From Parcubacteria group bacterium (lineage in GTDB: Bacteria > Patescibacteriota > JABMPQ01), in contig JABMPQ010000072.1 in NCBI GenBank assembly GCA_013202585.1, positions 5,729 to 37,728 on the forward strand: a stretch of 32,000 bases of DNA, written 5' to 3'. This document shows positions 16,042-24,910 of the stretch, in pieces. Every line of letters starts with the position of its first letter. The first letter of the stretch is position 1. The notes under the pieces are model-generated. The model did no database searches. It saw only the letters and a program-made list of their open reading frames with translations, and was not told where the DNA came from. A program made the translations under genes and the position numbers.

Positions 16042-16575
16042 TTAATCCTCCTTCAACACCTCTTCATCCAACTTTAACTTGGTTTCAATCAAAGTATTGG
16101 TTAAATAGATCGTGTCAGCAGTTGATGTTTTGACGTAAAGACTGGTCTCTTGTAGATTTTTATCGCCCAGTAAAATTTCCGACTGGCTATCGTCCTGCAT
16201 CAGTAAAGTTATTTTAATAATCGGCTTATCGAGACCATATTCTGCCAAATCACCCGCTGGTATTTCCTGGGTGGCTTCTAGCTCGTTGATAGTGTCCAAA
16301 GTCTCATCAATTTTGCCCGCCCGCGCTTGATAAGTAATTGGCTCAACTATCTTCCAGCCCTCTCCTTCTTTAACCACTCGCGTTTTTTTGTCTGGTTGTT
16401 CGAAAGTGATTTCTTTTACTTGGTCTTTGTCGATATTGATGACGTCAAACGTTTCCTCTGTCAGATCAGCCTCGTCTTTCACTTCTCGATCCTTTTCGAA
16501 AAAGTAAACAAAAGCTAACAAAGCCGCAAAAACAGCTACTAAAATAAAAGTGGTTTGGAATTTTCTTAAAGCCAT
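16042..16575 (-). CDS. DUF4340-like membrane-anchored protein of the GldG-type ABC cluster
   Basis: 177 aa with an N-terminal TM. It holds the position after the GldG-like gene that DUF4340 proteins usually occupy (memory of the conserved neighbourhood). Confidence 0.5.
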   Translation of the reverse strand: MALRKFQTTFILVAVFAALLAFVYFFEKDREVKDEADLTEETFDVINIDKDQVKEITFEQPDKKTRVVKEGEGWKIVEPITYQARAGKIDETLDTINELEATQEIPAGDLAEYGLDKPIIKITLLMQDDSQSEILLGDKNLQETSLYVKTSTADTIYLTNTLIETKLKLDEEVLKED

Positions 16576-16581
16576 AAATAT

Positions 16582-18039
16582 TTAAGCTTGTTTTTTCCGT
16601 TTCCGTCGATCCAGCCAGACTCCAATACCGATGATAATTACAATCAGCGGCATACCAACAACAGTGGCGTAGAAAATAAGTTTAGTTTGACTGCCAGTTA
16701 AGGTGACCGTGCGCTGCACTTCTTCCTTAGGTCGAATAGAAATTAATTCTTCTTCTTCCGCTAACCAATTAACCGCGTTGATAAAAAAGTCGAAGTTTCC
16801 GAGAGCGTCGCTAAACATGCTGCTAGCAAAATCAGAATCTCCAACTACGATCAGACGAGTTTTTGACTCCTGGTCCTCTTCAGTATTCTCCTCTCCTTCC
16901 TTATTGTTAACTACTCCCTTGACTACTACCGCTACTGGTAATGGTCCTTTTTCATCTATGTCTTCGTTAAACTTTGCTTCTTGAGAGGAAAGATTCTTTT
17001 CTAGCCAAGAATTATCTGAGGTAGAAGCTAGAGTAGTAATTTCAGTGTTTTCTGGATGCTCATCCGCTTCACCCACCGATTTTACCCCCGGGAAAAAAGC
17101 GGGTTGCAGGCCATCGGTAATCTGATGAGTTTGCCACTCTTTGACCACTGGCGTACTAATATCAGTCCAAAAATATTCTTTGGGATCAACTATCACCCCT
17201 TCTTTCGTGGTCACTCCCCATTTTTGCAGTAAATCTTCTAAGTTAGAAGCTTTGCCCTGACCAGGAACAACCGGATCTAATAAAGCCAGCAATTTACCGT
17301 CGTTATCGAGATATTGGCTAATAATTTCTTTTTCTTCATCCAGAATCTTATCTTGCGGTCCGGCGATAACTAGTACAGCGGCATCTTCCGGCACCTCTCG
17401 CGTAGCTACTAAAGACAGCTCAGCCACTTCATAACCTTCTTTGCTCAATAGGGTGTTAACTACGCTGTAACCAGTTTCCTGGACATCTTTAAGACCCTTC
17501 TCTTTGTGACCAGTGAGGAAATAGATTTTCTTTTGTGTCTCACGAGTTAGCTTGAGGATGCTAGAAGTAATATCACTTTCGGTAGTAGTTAGGGATTGCT
17601 CACGTTTATCACCCTTTTCAAATACCAAAGTGCCGTAACGCTCAATACCGTATTCACGAGCAACTGTTGGCTTGGTATCAGGATCGATAAACTCTACCGT
17701 AATATTACTATTTTGATTCCGATATTGTTCTAACAGTCCTTTTACTTCTTCCTGGGCGGGGTTACCACCACGAAAAAATCCGATTACTTTAATTTCTTCC
17801 TCTACCCCTTGCAGTACTTTCTCCGTCTGATCAGCCAGGGTGAATTTATGGTTTTTAGTTAAATCCCAATCGAACGATTCTTTGCGGGCAATATAATTTA
17901 CTAAAATCAAAATACCCAACATCGCCACGACTGCCAGAAGAGCGTTACTACCATATTTTGTCTGCCGCATCCCAAAAAACTTCAGTAGCCACTGGAATTT
18001 CAGAAATTTCTTTATTTTTTTGGCCGTCTTTTTATCCAT
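16582..18039 (-). CDS. GldG-like ABC-transporter auxiliary protein
   Basis: 485 aa with N- and C-terminal TM anchors and a large extracytoplasmic domain. Follows the ABC-2 permease and ATPase genes. Confidence 0.65.
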   Translation of the reverse strand: MDKKTAKKIKKFLKFQWLLKFFGMRQTKYGSNALLAVVAMLGILILVNYIARKESFDWDLTKNHKFTLADQTEKVLQGVEEEIKVIGFFRGGNPAQEEVKGLLEQYRNQNSNITVEFIDPDTKPTVAREYGIERYGTLVFEKGDKREQSLTTTESDITSSILKLTRETQKKIYFLTGHKEKGLKDVQETGYSVVNTLLSKEGYEVAELSLVATREVPEDAAVLVIAGPQDKILDEEKEIISQYLDNDGKLLALLDPVVPGQGKASNLEDLLQKWGVTTKEGVIVDPKEYFWTDISTPVVKEWQTHQITDGLQPAFFPGVKSVGEADEHPENTEITTLASTSDNSWLEKNLSSQEAKFNEDIDEKGPLPVAVVVKGVVNNKEGEENTEEDQESKTRLIVVGDSDFASSMFSDALGNFDFFINAVNWLAEEEELISIRPKEEVQRTVTLTGSQTKLIFYATVVGMPLIVIIIGIGVWLDRRKRKKQA

Positions 18040-18750
18040 TTATTTCCATTTCCTTATTTCAATCGACTTCACTGACACAAATAGCCAGAAAACAATAAAA
18101 CTCAAATAATAAACAACATCCTTAAGATTAATAACGCCTTTAACAAACCCTTCTAGATGAGTTGAAAGCGAAATATATGAAAGTAACTCGCTATCAACTT
18201 CGCCTAGGTTGCCAGAGATCCAACTCATTACCCAGAGCAGCAGAACTAAGGCAAAGCCAATCACGGCCGCAATAATCTGATTTTCTGTCAATGTCGAAGC
18301 GAAGATACCCAGAGCAATAAAAGATAAGCCACACAATAATATGCCTAGATAAGCCGACCAAATTGGCCCCATATCGGGGTTACCATATTTAGTCAAAATA
18401 AAGATATAAACTAAGGTTGAAGCCAGCATGGTGATAAAGAGAATAGCGGCGGCTAGGAATTTACCCAACATTACTTCAATATCCCGCACCGGCTTAGTCA
18501 TCAGCAACTCTAAGGTGCCCATTTTCCTTTCTTCGGAAAACATTCGCATAGTAATAAGCGGCATCAAGAATAGCAGGGTAATAATAATATTTGAGGCTGC
18601 ACCCCGAAAAGACGCTTCTTTAGAAATAAAGAGAATCACCGAGAAAAAGTAACCGGATAACACTAAAAACATCGTAAACACCACGTAAGCGATCGGTGAA
18701 GTGAAATACGACCGCAATTCTTTAAGAGTAATGGTAAAAATACTATTCAT
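18040..18750 (-). CDS. ABC-2 type transporter permease (GldF-like)
   Basis: 236 aa, 6 TM. Abuts the ATPase and GldG-like genes with no gap. Confidence 0.75.
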   Translation of the reverse strand: MNSIFTITLKELRSYFTSPIAYVVFTMFLVLSGYFFSVILFISKEASFRGAASNIIITLLFLMPLITMRMFSEERKMGTLELLMTKPVRDIEVMLGKFLAAAILFITMLASTLVYIFILTKYGNPDMGPIWSAYLGILLCGLSFIALGIFASTLTENQIIAAVIGFALVLLLWVMSWISGNLGEVDSELLSYISLSTHLEGFVKGVINLKDVVYYLSFIVFWLFVSVKSIEIRKWK

Positions 18751-19686
18751 TTATTCTTTGGTAGTTAACTTCAAGAATATTTCTTCTAGACCGAGAACTT
18801 CTCGGCGCATCTCTAATAAATCCCAATTATTTTGCACTACGGCTTGGGCTAGCTGACCGCGAATGTCCACATCTTTTTGCGAGGCTACTTCCAGGTCAAC
18901 TAGATCGCTCGCCTGAGTTTTCTCTATATTCACTCTCTTCACACCACTGATTTCTTTTAATTTAGAACTTATCTCTTCACCTGGCCCCTTAACTGTTAAT
19001 AATACTTTAGCCACTCCCGACAACCTGTTTTCTAAATTATTAGGCGTGTCTTCGGCCACTATTTTTCCCTCCGCAATAATAATCACGCGTGAACAGGTCA
19101 TCGATACTTCGGGAAGAATATGAGTGCTCAATATAATGGTTTTATCCTCGGCCAGCGATTTAATTAATTCTCTGATCTCAATAATTTGCTTGGGGTCGAG
19201 ACCAATGGTTGGTTCATCTAGGATAAGATATTCCGGATTGCCAATCAAAGCTTGGGCAATACCGACTCGCTGTTTATAACCTTTCGATAAAGTTTTGATA
19301 GTCGACTGCCGGACATTATCGATGCCACAAACTTTCATTATCTTGCTGACATGATTGGAGCGCTTGTCAGTCGAGACTTTTTTGAGAGCGGCAATATATT
19401 TCAAAAATACTTCCACGTCCATATCGAGATAAAGCGGAGTATTTTCCGGTAGATAACCAAGTTTCCGACGGACTTCTAGTGAATCATCAAACACATCTAA
19501 GCCACCAATTTCAACCTTGCCGCTAGTGGGAGGAATATAACCCGTCAAGATCCGCATGGTAGTAGTCTTACCGGCGCCGTTCGGCCCGAGAAAGCCAACC
19601 ACCTCTCCTTTATCAATGTTAAAAGAGACATCCTGAATGGCTGCCTTAGTGCCGTACTTTTTTGTGAGTTTGGAGGCTTTGATCAT
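18751..19686 (-). CDS. ABC transporter ATP-binding protein (GldA-like)
   Basis: Walker A GPNGAGKTT, signature LSKGYKQR and Walker B LILDEP. Confidence 0.9.
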   Translation of the reverse strand: MIKASKLTKKYGTKAAIQDVSFNIDKGEVVGFLGPNGAGKTTTMRILTGYIPPTSGKVEIGGLDVFDDSLEVRRKLGYLPENTPLYLDMDVEVFLKYIAALKKVSTDKRSNHVSKIMKVCGIDNVRQSTIKTLSKGYKQRVGIAQALIGNPEYLILDEPTIGLDPKQIIEIRELIKSLAEDKTIILSTHILPEVSMTCSRVIIIAEGKIVAEDTPNNLENRLSGVAKVLLTVKGPGEEISSKLKEISGVKRVNIEKTQASDLVDLEVASQKDVDIRGQLAQAVVQNNWDLLEMRREVLGLEEIFLKLTTKE

Positions 19687-19750
19687 GTATTTCTAGGTTG
19701 AATTACATTATAGTCTGAATTCTATAAATCACCAAATGAATATCTGTGGA

Positions 19751-20599
19751 TTAATAAGCTCTAACTTTATGCGCCAAATTACAACAGGAGCAACCGGAGC
19801 CACCGTGTAAGCCAAATGACAATACTATCGACACTGGTTTATCGGCGGATGAATTTTGCAAAGCACTCTGAGCAGCATCATCAATGTAATAAACACCCGT
19901 CTCGTAATCCCTGCCCGACACTTTACTATCTTGGTAGCAACCTAAGTTAAATAAATAGGTGCCGTCACTCTTCTTGTTATTGATGCTGTTCCCCTCTGAT
20001 ATGCCTTTTTCGATGCTCTGCTTAAAACCATCGTGATAGAAACTCTTAATAGCAAAATAGGCGTTGGTTTGTTTCTCATCCCAGACTTCTTCCTCTTTCG
20101 TTTCTAGGTATCCACAGACAACGGTATCAAAAGTGTCCTCGCCGAAAATACCGTAGGTGGTTGTTTCCTGGAGGCTGACGTCTTTATTAAATTCACACTG
20201 AGATTCGGCGCTGTCATTGTCGGTGGTAGATTCTTCCGTATCACTTTCAGTTGTCTCTTCACTTTCTTTCTTAGCGTCTTCCTCTTTTTGCTTTTTGGCT
20301 TTCTTAGCCACGGCCGCTGCTTCTTTTTCCTTTCTGATGTCTTCGGCTGTTTTCAATATATCTATTTGGCTTTTCAGCTGATTAATTTCCTCTTTTAATT
20401 CGTTGAAGGAAGATTCTAGGGCGCTACGGCTATTTTTTTCACTTTCCAGCTGTCCCCAGAAATACCAACCACCGACAGCTAGCACAGCCGAGAAAAACAT
20501 TCCCATAGCGACAATCAGGACTACCAAAATAATTTTGCCTGATTTTTTAGGTTTGACGATTGGTTTGCTTGTGGGTTGTTTTGTTTGTGTTTCTGTCAT
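19751..20599 (-). CDS. Membrane-anchored hypothetical protein with coiled-coil, acidic linker and Cys-rich C-terminus
   Basis: 282 aa with an N-terminal TM, an EEINQLKSQIDILK coiled-coil, an E/D/T-rich linker and a C-terminal GGSGCSCCNLAH. Confidence 0.5.
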   Translation of the reverse strand: MTETQTKQPTSKPIVKPKKSGKIILVVLIVAMGMFFSAVLAVGGWYFWGQLESEKNSRSALESSFNELKEEINQLKSQIDILKTAEDIRKEKEAAAVAKKAKKQKEEDAKKESEETTESDTEESTTDNDSAESQCEFNKDVSLQETTTYGIFGEDTFDTVVCGYLETKEEEVWDEKQTNAYFAIKSFYHDGFKQSIEKGISEGNSINNKKSDGTYLFNLGCYQDSKVSGRDYETGVYYIDDAAQSALQNSSADKPVSIVLSFGLHGGSGCSCCNLAHKVRAY

Positions 20600-20640
20600 A
20601 TTTTTTAGATTTATTTTTGGGCTGTATTATTATACAACAA

Positions 20641-21453
20641 TTACAACACCAACTCTACCAAATATACCAACAAAAATCCAATCGCCGCCCCACCGCCAAT
20701 CGGCGGCAAAGCGGGCAACGGTTTATTATATTCTGCTTTGATCTGAAATATATTCATCCCGATCATTCCCACTAAAGCTCCAATCACGATCGCCACTGAA
20801 TATTGCCAGCCCATTTTCCAGGCCGAGACAGCGAACATTAAGGGTAAAGCGATATCGCCAGTTCCTAAAAATGAAAATGGCCCATCTAGCCGTACCTTGA
20901 TCAGTCGGCTCATCATTCCTTTGATCTTCATCGGCACAATGATTGAAAAAGCTGCTCCCTTGCTAGTCAACTTGGTAAACATGGCCACCATGTGTTTTGT
21001 CTTAAAGACAGCAATAACATCGTAAACGGCTAAGATAGCAATGATAATTAAAATGTGCCAGGCGGAAAAGCCAACGCCAATGTAGGCGCCAATACCAGCC
21101 AGCGCGATCACCAACGCTAGATTATGAGTGATCACTAGCGGCAAGTATTGCCGTAGCAAAGCAACAGCTAGAGCGAACAAAACCGTCGCCAGAGCAGGTA
21201 GCCAAACGTCAAAAAATAACAGCGCGCCCAGAAAAATCGAAGCTTGGAGGGCTATTTGAAAAACCCGGTCTCTTTTAACAAATTTTACTAGCAGAAAAAT
21301 GATAACTGTCCCCAAAGCAAAGGCCAATAAAAACTGGATAATCGAAATTTGCTGGGTTTCAATTGCTAATTTAATTTCTTCTATTTGTAATAGGCGCCAA
21401 GCGAGTAGGAGGCCGAGAAATTGGGTGAGGAGAAAAATAAAGCTTTCGAGCAC
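20641..21453 (-). CDS. Presenilin/signal-peptide-peptidase homologue (peptidase A22, PSH-type)
   Basis: YD motif (AILAVYDVIAVFKTKHM), GxGD motif (FLGTGDIALP) and PAL motif (PLPALPP) occur in the canonical order within a polytopic protein. GTG start. Confidence 0.75.
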   Translation of the reverse strand: MLESFIFLLTQFLGLLLAWRLLQIEEIKLAIETQQISIIQFLLAFALGTVIIFLLVKFVKRDRVFQIALQASIFLGALLFFDVWLPALATVLFALAVALLRQYLPLVITHNLALVIALAGIGAYIGVGFSAWHILIIIAILAVYDVIAVFKTKHMVAMFTKLTSKGAAFSIIVPMKIKGMMSRLIKVRLDGPFSFLGTGDIALPLMFAVSAWKMGWQYSVAIVIGALVGMIGMNIFQIKAEYNKPLPALPPIGGGAAIGFLLVYLVELVL

Positions 21454-21488
21454 AATAAAAACCGGAGAAAACTTGTGCTCCTCCGGTT
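21454..21488 (-). terminator. Hairpin plus U-tract downstream of the lipoprotein gene, abutting the PSH start codon
   Basis: AACCGGAG (21460-21467) and CTCCGGTT (21481-21488) form an 8-bp stem. The minus strand continues TTTTATT and then the GTG start. Confidence 0.4.
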
Positions 21489-21539
21489 GACTGTCTGATT
21501 TTTTTGTCGTTTTAGTGGCTGCGGAAATAGATTTATCGT

Positions 21540-21977
21540 TTATTCACCCGTTGTGAAATGAAAATCGCCGTAAGACAATGGATTGCCGTCTTTATCAGTG
21601 ATACCTTCACGAATTGTTACTAATATTTTCTGCTGCGGCTGAAATGGCTCGGGAGGCGTGACTGTTAAAATGTTAGTGGCTTGATCATATTCGTAGCTGC
21701 TATTAAGAAAAGGATTAAAATCGTAACCGAGATCTTCGGCATACTCCACTCCAATGTTGCGCGTATTGAGGGTAGACTGATCCATCTCACGATCAAAAAT
21801 AATCTTGATAGGAGCATCGAGGGCTACCTCTTTAGTCCGATTGCCTGGCTCGAAGTTGAGAATTTTAGGATTGTCGAGGATGGTGCCAGAAACTTGTCCG
21901 GTCAGGCTAGTGCTTTGACAACCAGTGAGAGTGATAGCGACTAAAATAGCTGCGCTGGCAATGAAATATTTTTTCAT
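21540..21977 (-). CDS. Lipoprotein with Ig-like (SbsA/Big_5-type) domain
   Basis: Signal peptide plus the lipobox LTGC. A beta-rich domain ending in GITDKDGNPL. Confidence 0.6.
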   Translation of the reverse strand: MKKYFIASAAILVAITLTGCQSTSLTGQVSGTILDNPKILNFEPGNRTKEVALDAPIKIIFDREMDQSTLNTRNIGVEYAEDLGYDFNPFLNSSYEYDQATNILTVTPPEPFQPQQKILVTIREGITDKDGNPLSYGDFHFTTGE

Positions 21978-22085
21978 TTTAGTGTTTTAATTTGTAAAAA
22001 TAGTTATCAAAATTAACTATCTTGTTCCTTACTATAACAATCCCCTCTTTTTTCAGCAAGCGCGTTTTGGCAGTGCCAATATGCA

Positions 22086-22200
22086 AACAGAGGACTAGTG
22101 TTTGCTTTTTCGCAGCTGTGGGTGTTTGAGGAGTTCTCCCGGTCTTACCGGGAGGGCGACGAGTTCCGCAGCCAGAAAAAATAAATACTAGTCCTCTGTT
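22086..22200 (+). repeat. ERIC/MITE-like imperfect palindromic repeat, copy C (115 nt)
   Basis: Perfect 14-bp arms AACAGAGGACTAGT (22086-22099) and ACTAGTCCTCTGTT (22187-22200). The core is about 90% identical to the reverse complement of copy A. The 3' arm overlaps the nnrD stop codon. Confidence 0.7.
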
Positions 22201-23075
22201 ATCATCTTTAGTAATTTTGGCAACTCCCCAATCACATCTGAGGCAATCACTGATCGCTTGCCTAGCTTGGCGGCTGCTTTATCGCCAGCTAACCCGTGTA
22301 GATAGACAGCGGTGCTAGCTGACTCGAGAGGCTGTTTAATGTTCTGCGCCCAGAGAGTGGCTAGAATGCCAGTGAGCACGTCACCGGTGCCAGCTGTGGC
22401 TAGAGCGCGACTGCCAGATTCATTTATTACTGTTCGCCCGTCTGGTCCGGCAATTATTGTCTCCGGCCCTTTCAAAAGTATATTGACCAGCCACTTCTGA
22501 ACATAATTTTGCGCGATCTTAGCGCGATCTTCTTTTATATTCTCAACGCTGAGACCGGAAAGTCTAGCCATTTCCCCTTCATGCGGAGTGATAATCGTTT
22601 CATTTTTGCGCTGCGGCAGTAATTTATCGACCTGACCAGCCAAAGCGTTTAAGCCATCAGCGTCTAGTACTAGTGGCTTATCTAGCTCCACTATTAGCTC
22701 GCGGATTAATTTTTGCGTCTCTTTGTTTTGCGACAATCCTGGACCGATAGCTACCACGTCAAACTCAGCTGATTTTTCTATAAGAATCTCCAAAGCCTCG
22801 TAGCTCAAAGTACCTTCGTCAGTCGCCGGACACGGAATCGTCATTACTTCGGGCAATAAATCCGCGTAAATTTCCGTCAAAGTTTCCGGAAATGCCAGCG
22901 TGACAATCCCTGCTCCCGCCCGCAAAGCAGCTCGGCAAGTTAAAACGGCCGCGCCCGTCATGCCGCGCGAACCAGCCACGACCAAAACCTGCCCGCATTG
23001 TTTTTTATGCACGCTGCCCGGTCGCGGAGCGAGAATCTCCGGAAAAATAATTTTGTTTTGGGTTATTGGTTTCAT
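22188..23075 (-). CDS. nnrD: ADP/ATP-dependent NAD(P)H-hydrate dehydratase (YjeF C-terminal domain)
   Basis: Ribokinase-like fold signature with GTGDVLTG near the C-terminus. The length of 295 aa is typical. Confidence 0.85.
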   Translation of the reverse strand: MKPITQNKIIFPEILAPRPGSVHKKQCGQVLVVAGSRGMTGAAVLTCRAALRAGAGIVTLAFPETLTEIYADLLPEVMTIPCPATDEGTLSYEALEILIEKSAEFDVVAIGPGLSQNKETQKLIRELIVELDKPLVLDADGLNALAGQVDKLLPQRKNETIITPHEGEMARLSGLSVENIKEDRAKIAQNYVQKWLVNILLKGPETIIAGPDGRTVINESGSRALATAGTGDVLTGILATLWAQNIKQPLESASTAVYLHGLAGDKAAAKLGKRSVIASDVIGELPKLLKMITED

Positions 23076-23088
23076 TTGAAGGCCGCGT

Positions 23089-24069
23089 TTATTTTATAAC
23101 CTGCTCCACCTGCCAATCACTTTCCCCTACCTCCACCCGCAAGTAGGAATTATAACTCTGACTGCCTTGCCCATACTGCGCTTTAAATTTATAGCTACCT
23201 CCACTGCCAACTCGTCCCGTTCCGATTTGTCGAATGCCATCTTCCTCAAAATCGTAATACAAATTATGGTGAGCGCCAAAGAAAGCCGTGATTTTGCCTC
23301 GCAGGATATTTTTGATCCGACTACTTGAAGCCAGCTGATCGTTAGGGTGATAAGTGCTGACAGCAGTTAGCGGAATATGAGAAATAACAAAAATGTTATC
23401 ATACTGTCCTTGCGCCTCGTTTACCTCGTTTTTCAACCAATTTATTTGCTCTGCCCCGAGTGAAACTTTTGGGGCGTAAAGGACGATAAATTTAGAATTT
23501 TGTATTTCAAATGAATAGTAGGAGGAATAAGAGCCATCAATAATTATACCTTGAATATTCTGCTGCTCGTCCCAAAACTCTCGATAAGCTAGAGGCAATG
23601 TTTTATTGAAACTAGCATCGTGATTGCCGGCGGAAGGGAAAAAAGCAATGTTGTTTTTTTCTAGCGGACTAACAGTCACGTAAAACTCCGACCACATTTT
23701 TCCGGCTAAAGTGCGTGAAGTAGAAGACGAGCCAGCTATCATGTCGCCAGCGTGGATGACGAAAGCGGGTCGGGGATCAACAGCGGCCACTTCCTGAATA
23801 GTATTCGTAAACTCGACTGATTGTGACACATTACCCGCCCCGCCATTGCTATCGGACAGAATTACGAAAGAAAACGATTTATCCTCTGGTTGGCCAGTGG
23901 AATTCTTCAGGCCATTTTTAGCTGGTTCTACTAGACTTTTCGGATCGTCTTTGGTAGCTTGCTTGCCCGGCTTTTCGAAAAAGGGGGCAATGACATAAAT
24001 AACAACCAAGACCAGGGCGGCCAGGGCTAGAAGACTAATGATAATATTGATAATTTTGCTTGCTTTCAT
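23089..24069 (-). CDS. Membrane-anchored calcineurin-like metallophosphoesterase
   Basis: Motifs LSDSNGG, HAGDMIAG, AGNHD, SHIPL and GAHHN occur in canonical order. N-terminal TM. Confidence 0.8.
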   Translation of the reverse strand: MKASKIINIIISLLALAALVLVVIYVIAPFFEKPGKQATKDDPKSLVEPAKNGLKNSTGQPEDKSFSFVILSDSNGGAGNVSQSVEFTNTIQEVAAVDPRPAFVIHAGDMIAGSSSTSRTLAGKMWSEFYVTVSPLEKNNIAFFPSAGNHDASFNKTLPLAYREFWDEQQNIQGIIIDGSYSSYYSFEIQNSKFIVLYAPKVSLGAEQINWLKNEVNEAQGQYDNIFVISHIPLTAVSTYHPNDQLASSSRIKNILRGKITAFFGAHHNLYYDFEEDGIRQIGTGRVGSGGSYKFKAQYGQGSQSYNSYLRVEVGESDWQVEQVIK

Positions 24070-24074
24070 TTCGT

Positions 24075-24398
24075 TTATTGCCCATCAGCTAATAGAAACG
24101 ACAGACAATAATCCTCCAAGCCCTGCCAAGATTTATCGTATTGTCCGGCATCAATAAAAGCATCAGCCAAAATCACTCGTAGGCGCGTCAGTTCTTTGAG
24201 ATAGGATAAGCGTTTCTCGCCGGCGATGGTTAGACTTAACAATTCATGCGCGCGCTCGGCCGATTTTTGCACTTGCTCCTTGTCGCTTTTTACTGACCAA
24301 TGCTTAGCGCGAGAAATTTCGCTAGCAATATTACCCATTTGCTGGCCGAATGTCATTGCCTGCCATTTTCCTTGAGTGAGTTTTTGGTGAATAGCCAT
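24075..24398 (-). CDS. Hypothetical helical protein (107 aa)
   Basis: ORF only, 1 nt downstream of the preceding gene. I recognise no motif. Confidence 0.45.
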   Translation of the reverse strand: MAIHQKLTQGKWQAMTFGQQMGNIASEISRAKHWSVKSDKEQVQKSAERAHELLSLTIAGEKRLSYLKELTRLRVILADAFIDAGQYDKSWQGLEDYCLSFLLADGQ

Positions 24399-24399
24399 G

Positions 24400-24741
24400 T
24401 TAAGATATTAACTTGCTCACGATTGATTCCACTTTTTCCTTTACCCCCTCATCCTGTATCTCCATCGATCTATTCCCCGCTGCCGGTCTAATATTTATCA
24501 AGGAAGTGTATTCCAGACGATCGGCTTTTGTTTTTTCGGGATATATATTAGCTCCCCATAAGTTTTCTTGCTGAGAGCCAGCAGTTAATAAGATTGCCTC
24601 ACTGTCGGCGTGCATTTCACCGCCGATAGCCATTATTTTCTGATCAATATCAACCACAACTTTAATCATGTCGCCAAAAATATCAGCGTGTTTTTTAAGC
24701 TTCTCCGGCGAGATTTTTTCTTTGATAATTTCAGGTTGCAT
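24400..24741 (-). CDS. Hypothetical protein (113 aa)
   Basis: ORF only. Forms a tight pair with 24075-24398. Confidence 0.45.
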   Translation of the reverse strand: MQPEIIKEKISPEKLKKHADIFGDMIKVVVDIDQKIMAIGGEMHADSEAILLTAGSQQENLWGANIYPEKTKADRLEYTSLINIRPAAGNRSMEIQDEGVKEKVESIVSKLIS

Positions 24742-24790
24742 ATAATTTTTTTGTTAATTTCTCTCGCCATCATACCGCAAACAAACTAAA

Positions 24791-24819
24791 TTGACAATTT
24801 GACTTTATTATGCTTATAT
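24791..24819 (+). promoter_or_regulatory. Putative sigma70-type promoter for the plus-strand M20D gene
   Basis: TTGACA (24791-24796), a 17-nt spacer, then TTATAT (24814-24819), about 90 nt upstream of the ATG. Confidence 0.4.
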
Positions 24820-24910
24820 GAGCTGATCGTGATTTTTAGCGATTTTCGCACCTACAAAATTCAATAAGTATAGATACAGAAACGGAAACAGGCCCGCAAG
24901 GGGAAGGAAA

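Noticed and set aside
21517-21526. GGCTGCGGAA, a 10-nt match to the start of the palindromic-repeat core
   Set aside because: It is only 10 nt with no arms or remaining core, so it may be chance or an unrecognisable relic.
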